The notes beneath the pieces are model-generated. The model was not told the DNA's origin and made no database searches. It saw only the letters and a program-made list of their open reading frames with translations. Below, piece by piece: positions 57,280 through 64,000 of a stretch of 64,000 nt of DNA. The stretch spans positions 133,172 through 197,171 of the forward strand of contig NW_003314349.1 of NCBI RefSeq assembly GCF_000143415.4, read 5' to 3'. Source of the DNA: Selaginella moellendorffii. Lineage: Eukaryota; Plantae; Lycopodiophyta. A program made the translations under genes and the position numbers. Position 1 is the stretch's first letter. Every line of letters begins with the position of its first letter.

Positions 57280-58086
57280 TTAGTTGAAACATCCAAGATG
57301 ATTTGTTGTGTGTGTAGCCCACCAAACTTTTTCACTATTTATTATATAAGATACTAAATTACAATTATTTAGTAATTTTAAATAAGTAAAAAAATAACAA
57401 AAAGGACTATTTGAGCAATATTGATTAATAGACCAAATTACTATACTATTTTCAGTATATAATACAATATTACCATCATTTTGAATTTTAAGAAAGTATA
57501 AACCATAATAAGTTTTTATATTCTCTGATTTCCATGTTAATTTTTTTTTTGAATAAAGTGAAACTTTGCAATTTGATTCAATTAATAATATATTTTTTCC
57601 ATTTGAAGATCTTAAAAATTGTCCAGTAAAAAGAATATTATTTTTAAATCCAGCATTTAATGTTGTTAAACAGCTCTCTTCAATGAGTATATTGTTATTT
57701 GATAAAAGTGAATCTAAGAGATTTTTATAAAAAAAGAAGGAATATTGAAGTTGGTAGTTAGGATTCATAATTCTACAAGAATTTGAACGTGCATTTCTTA
57801 TAACATCTCTATAACCATTTATTATTCTATATAAACCATGATATAAATTATTACCTGTTAAATCTTCTCTATCTATGTTAACACAATATCTATTAGGTAC
57901 ACGTTTAATTTGTGTAACAATAACACCTCTTGAAGTATCATTAGATAAAGACCTTTCATAATTATTTGGATAATTATTTCTAGATCTATCTACTTCTGAT
58001 AAAAGATTATATACTTGATTAATAATTACTTGAATTTCTTCTTCATTTAAAGTGTTATTATTTCCTCATTAAACTACTGTTGTTAT
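57280..58086 (-). pseudogene. AT-rich exon encoding an unknown N-terminal region fused to a GNA/bulb-type lectin domain; two in-frame stops
   Basis: The frame runs from a TTCAG acceptor at 58086 to the stop at 57280, broken only by adjacent TAA TGA (58071-58066). Lectin motifs NILFTGQFL, LKIQNDGNIVLY (QxDxNxVxY), LLNNCNLVSY and WWATHT. Confidence 0.75.
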
Positions 58087-59441
58087 CTGAATAAAACAAT
58101 ACATGTTTAAAAAGAAAATTTTAAAATATATTAAAATTAAAACTAACTCTTTCATTGATAAATTTTGAATATTTCAATTTTAATTTAAGGATTGTTCTAA
58201 ACTAAGCATAACACTTTGAAATTTATAAGGACCTCACTTTTTCTAAAATAATTTTAAATTGTAGGATAATTATTATTCAATTATTATATTTTTATTACAT
58301 AGTTTGTAATTTTGGAATTAAATTTTGTATTTTGAACTATAGAATTATTCTAAGGATTGTGATTATTTTTTAGATAGATTCCTTAGTTTTCGAGTATGTT
58401 ATATATTATTATTACATAATGGAATATTTATAACAGTTGGATTCTTAAAGGCTATTTTACAAGAATAGGCTTGGATATTTTCACCTCTGGTAATGTTTTT
58501 ATTTTAAGCTTTGCCAAAAGGGCCATAATTGATGGTAGTTTTGAAAAAAAATGGCTGAAGAAGTGTTGTGATCTCTGTCATCCTTTAATTATCTAAGCTT
58601 AAATTATATGATCTTTGTAGAAACTATGTCCATCTTGTTAGATAGAGCTCACAACCACATTCTAACAACTCTAGCACACAAACAAGCTGGATTTACATTG
58701 ACTCGATTGGCATTTGTCCACAAATTCCTCCAGCGCTTCTTGCTTCTTCCTGAAACGCATTCCTCCACAAAGCTCGAGGCAAACCTAGAAGAAGTGCACT
58801 GGGTAACGCCATGGCCTGAAGTGACCCCATGGGATGGTGGAGCCAGTCCGTGTTCTTGGCAACCGCATCCAAGATATCCTCCAGGACGTCCTGTTGAGCG
58901 CTAGGAGACCACCACAGATCCCAGCCTCAGTGAAACCCAGCGCTAGAGCCGGGCTAGAGCTCGGTTGCATTCGCTCAGCTGCTAGATTCAAGATGGCAGA
59001 TCACGCCCGTGTCTTTGGAGAAGCTGTAGCAGACAACCCAGTCGGGCGAGACGCACTGACTGAAGAGACCAGAAGGCCCATACAATCAGCCAGGAGCTTC
59101 GAGGATTCCAGTTGTAGTGCTAGTCAGGGGCTAGTGGAGAAACGACCCATCCTTCGTCTTGTAGATTGCCTGCAGGAAGAGCCACCAATGCGCTCCACCG
59201 TGCGTTGCCACAACATGGAAGTTTTGCCAGCGATCTAGCTCCATCTCCCGCGTGATAAACTTGTAGTTAGGATGGATCCAGAGAGACTTGTATGCTAGGC
59301 CAAGACCACCTTTCTCGAGCACGGCATGCGCGAGCTCGTTGGCGTAGCATGACAGGCTCACATCCAGATACATACACATTCCGACCCTTCTTCCAGAAAC
59401 TTTCAGAGTGTACGTTCACTCTTTTGGATCATCTCTCTTGG

Positions 59442-60761
<1,320 letters not shown>

Positions 60762-60895
60762 CGCCTCCCGCTTCTGGCTCTCAAGATTGGACGATTCTGG
60801 CTCTCAAGATTGAACGATTCTGGCTCTGCAAAAGTGAAGAACGCAACCAAACAAGCTTATTTTATTCTTCCCTCCATGACTCCATCAGCGCGTGC

Positions 60896-63800
60896 TTAGC
60901 GCATCCGATACTTGCGATACGTGCCACGGTGATGCTGATGCTTGAGAGGAAGATTAAAATGCGGTGAGATTGGAAGAGTTAAAGACTTGGTAGATCTGTG
61001 CCAGCTTGAGTGAGAAGAAGAAACAGACAAAGCGACGTCTTTACCTTTGTGTGACGTACGGTCTGTCAAACAGTGGCACCGGACGCGCTTGAGGAATCAT
61101 TTCACACCTCAGTGCTCTCACGAATCTCTCTTCTTCCTCCTGCCATCATAATTCAGTAGTAGCATCTCATCGCGAGAATGTGGCTTACCTTTCTCGCTAA
61201 TTCCAGCTCTTCCTTTAGTTGTTTATACATGCTTTGTTTCTCGACAATCTGAACGTGTAACTTGCTGAGCATTAATAAAGCATGTAGGAAAGCCGACCTT
61301 CTTTTCAAATGCTGCACGTTGGATAGCCCGATTGTCAGCTTTGAGATTGAACTCCTTTATTTCAGTCAGAGGCTTTCTGGATCTTCCAGGGACAAATACT
61401 GCACCACTGTTGGCAGGAAGAAGGTTAAGAATGAAAACATGAAACTGACTGTAGTAGGCGGAAGTACTAGAGCGTAGCAGAGGTACCTGCAGCTTATTGG
61501 TTGGGCTCGAAATCTAGACAACTCTGCCCTTTGCTTATCCGCTCTAGCGCGATCTTCAGCTAAGCGTTGCACTTCCTGTTCATGCCTCGTTAAACTCTCA
61601 AGCCGAAACGGTTCTGGTCTTGTGCATGGCTTCTGAGCTGGTTTTGCAGGTATCTATGGCACAAAGAATGAATCTGTCAGGCTTGATTAAGAATGAACGT
61701 ACGTTTGGAAAATCCGTTGTGAACGGCAACAAATTCGCTTTCGGGATTCTTGACAACGTTTCGGACGTCATCTCTTTCGAAAGTTCTTCCATAAACTTCC
61801 CCATCTTAGCCGAGCCTCGTTCCTGCAGATCAAAGCTAACACTAGTGAAGAATTATGAAACCAAACCTCTGTCAGAAGATGGAAAGGTTTTGCGATTGTT
61901 TTTCCTCGGATTGGACGAGGATGCGAGTCAAGAGAAAGCTGTCACAAGGTAGAATAATATAGTTATACTCTTTCAAGCGAGAACTTACCCTCCTGAAACC
62001 TTTAAGAACTTCTCGATGACATCTTTCCTTTGTGGCAAAATTAAACTCCTAGAAAGTTGCAAACAGAAGCTTGCTTGAAAGTAACAAGTTGACTTACCAA
62101 TGGAACTGTCACATGACGTTTCTGATGTCGATAAATCCCCGAATCTCCTCGGCTCTCAAAGACCTGCAGCAAGTCGATGTGAATGTGAAACAAGACCAGG
62201 AAATGACGACCTTTTTGTTGAATGGCAGTGCCTTGAACTTTGGAACTTTAGCTCGCTCATCTTGTACCAGTTCGTCGCTGCTTTTGGCCCTGAAAGAAGA
62301 CTTGTAAAATGTGAGACTCTTAAGAGAAAGTAAGATACCTTGGCCGATCTGGTATGGAGATATGACCCGCAGGAGCAGACTTGCGTCTTTGCTTCTTCTT
62401 TGTTGAGAGCTGAGGAGACAACAAATTGTTTTCAAATCGGACAAATAACAACAACAAACTTACGTTCAAAGGCTGCTCCACACACTTTAGCGAAGTATGC
62501 TGCATAGCACGCTCGTTCGTTCTCAGATTGAATTCCTGTAGAACATTTGTCGACATACCGAAGTCTTATATTTTCGTATACCTGAAATCGTGGTAACTCA
62601 GGAGTACTTCTCGGGAAAGCAGGCAAAGTCGGGGCTTGAAGGATCTGTGAACATTAAATGCGAGAATTTTCATCATGAGAAGTCTTACTTTCTTATTTGC
62701 GGGGCGCGCTTTGAACTTTGGCATTTTAGAAAGAATTTCTTCCTCGAGCTCGGTAGCGCTCTTTACCCTGGTAAGACGATACGAATTAGTCTTATCAAAC
62801 GATGTCAAAGCACGGGCAAAACAACTAGCCTCGGAGGTCGTGATCGAGAAGAAGTTTCTAGTTCTGGATCCTTTGGCCTTGACAATGTCAATTTTGGTTT
62901 CTGATTTAATAGGACGTTAGAAATTAAAAAGTAAAATATGCTCTCACATTTTGCTTCTGAAAGGGTGCAGGTGTTCTAAGGTGAAACCGTTGAACTTGTT
63001 CAGCCACTGATACGAAAGTGCTCAGATCTCCCATCTGAAGGAGATCGCGTTAAACTTTAGACATACCAATATTCAAAAATCACCTTTGAAACACTGTCAT
63101 GTCCTCCTTTTCTATGCATTTGTGCTCTCTTGTCCGTTGAAAGCTGAAATATTTGAGGAACGGTTGGAGCAGGCGTATACTTATGCGCCTGCGCCTACAA
63201 TGTTGGCTTAGTTTTGAAACAACTAAAATGCATAGAACTCTCACCTGCTTTTGTCCTCCATCTAGTTTTCGTCTTTTACAGGAATTTCCTTGAGGTGTTG
63301 GGGCTGTTTGTTGCTTGGCAATGGCTTTCTTCTTTTTCGTAGTATCGTGAGTATGCCTGTAAGCATAGAAATCAAGCGTCGATTTAAATATTTCCAGTTT
63401 CATAGAAGATTACGTACCTTTTCATTTGTTTTTTCACAACGGCTGGTTCCCATAATCTCTTGGCAGGAAAATCTGCAGTCAAACCTGGTTGCATCCTGGC
63501 AGAATCTTCCGGCACTTCATCGCTGCCAGTGTCCGCGCTTACTATGAATTCATTTTTCTTGGGCGTTGAGAGATCTATCACCTCTGGCAAATCTGAACCA
63601 GCAGCTGCAACAAAACAAAAACGTCCAAGTTGAACATGATAAATCCTACTCACCCAGAGAAGTCGTCGTGGCTGTAGTGTCCGTTGTCTGGTTGTCTAAT
63701 CGGATCAAAAGCTTCAACTTCCTGTAAAAGTCGTGAGAAACAACAAGTCAAATTGCTGATAGCCTTACAGTTGCTCGTCTCTATCCGGATGTGTGATCTG

Positions 63801-64000
63801 GATCGAAATTAACATCACGTGTTAGGAAAAATCGTCGGAAACATTGTCTTTTTATCAGCCATCACAGACCTGGTCTTGTTTGGAGTCGGAGAATGCACAA
63901 GCTGTTAGAAGGAAATACCACACTATATTAATAGCACAAGAAAAAAAGATGGTGGAACTTACGTGATGGCTCGTAACCAGCAGCGATCTCAAACCACCTC
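60896..64000 (-). CDS. TPX2: TPX2 microtubule-associated protein, 3' part (5' end outside the window)
   Basis: KRRKLDGG NLS, ELEEEILSKMPKFKARPANKK, EFNLRTNERA, PKFKALPFNKK, FRAQP, KPLTEIKEFNL and MIPQARPVPLFDRP; stop at 60898-60896. Confidence 0.9.

Noticed and set aside
58600-59380. Coding-like GC-richer segment downstream of OPR
   Set aside because: Short broken ORFs on both strands with no motif I can recognise; not enough to call.
60772-60827. 23-bp tandem repeat (TTCTGGCTCTCAAGATTGGACGA, about 2.5 copies) just upstream of OPR, and microsatellites such as (ATCC)n near 13173, (GATG)n near 25885 and (CT)n near 12075
   Set aside because: Ordinary slippage repeats with no sign of function.

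Overview
Eukaryotic nuclear DNA from a land plant with a very compact genome: introns are mostly 50-70 nt, intergenic gaps are often under 150 bp, and GC-rich genes are interrupted by extremely AT-rich islands. The style suggests a lycophyte such as Selaginella (inference, not tested). The ORF track is prokaryote-style, so I rebuilt genes by hand from GT/GC-AG splice sites. Left to right: a mosaic of pseudogene fragments (2OG-Fe(II) oxygenase, GH1 exon, GMC oxidoreductase) around a U2 snRNA gene with its USE/TATA promoter; a WD40 gene; an AT island; an ABCB transporter with a +1 frameshift in Walker A of NBD1; a thaumatin-like gene with several candidate alternative last exons; two AWPM-19-like genes flanking three identical tRNA-Thr(AGT) genes and a TPK K+ channel whose stop codon lies 28 bp from the first tRNA; a tandemly duplicated module (truncated ATPase, secreted Cys-rich peptide, kinase tail); a receptor-like kinase; a GT32 glycosyltransferase; an uncharacterised plant protein; an LHT-type amino-acid transporter; glycine decarboxylase P protein; PDI (a-a-D type); CENP-E-like kinesin-7; AMSH deubiquitinase; a head-to-head pair of U2AF65 paralogues without coding introns; a carboxylesterase pseudogene; a 5S-bearing Cassandra-type TRIM nested in an older copy of its own LTR; an AT-rich GNA-lectin fusion pseudogene; a peroxisomal OPR; and the 3' part of TPX2. 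The best candidates for something undescribed are the conserved Cys-rich peptide module, the TPK-tRNA arrangement, the thaumatin C-terminal switch, the U2AF65 pair (one lacks the ULM) and the nested 5S-TRIM.
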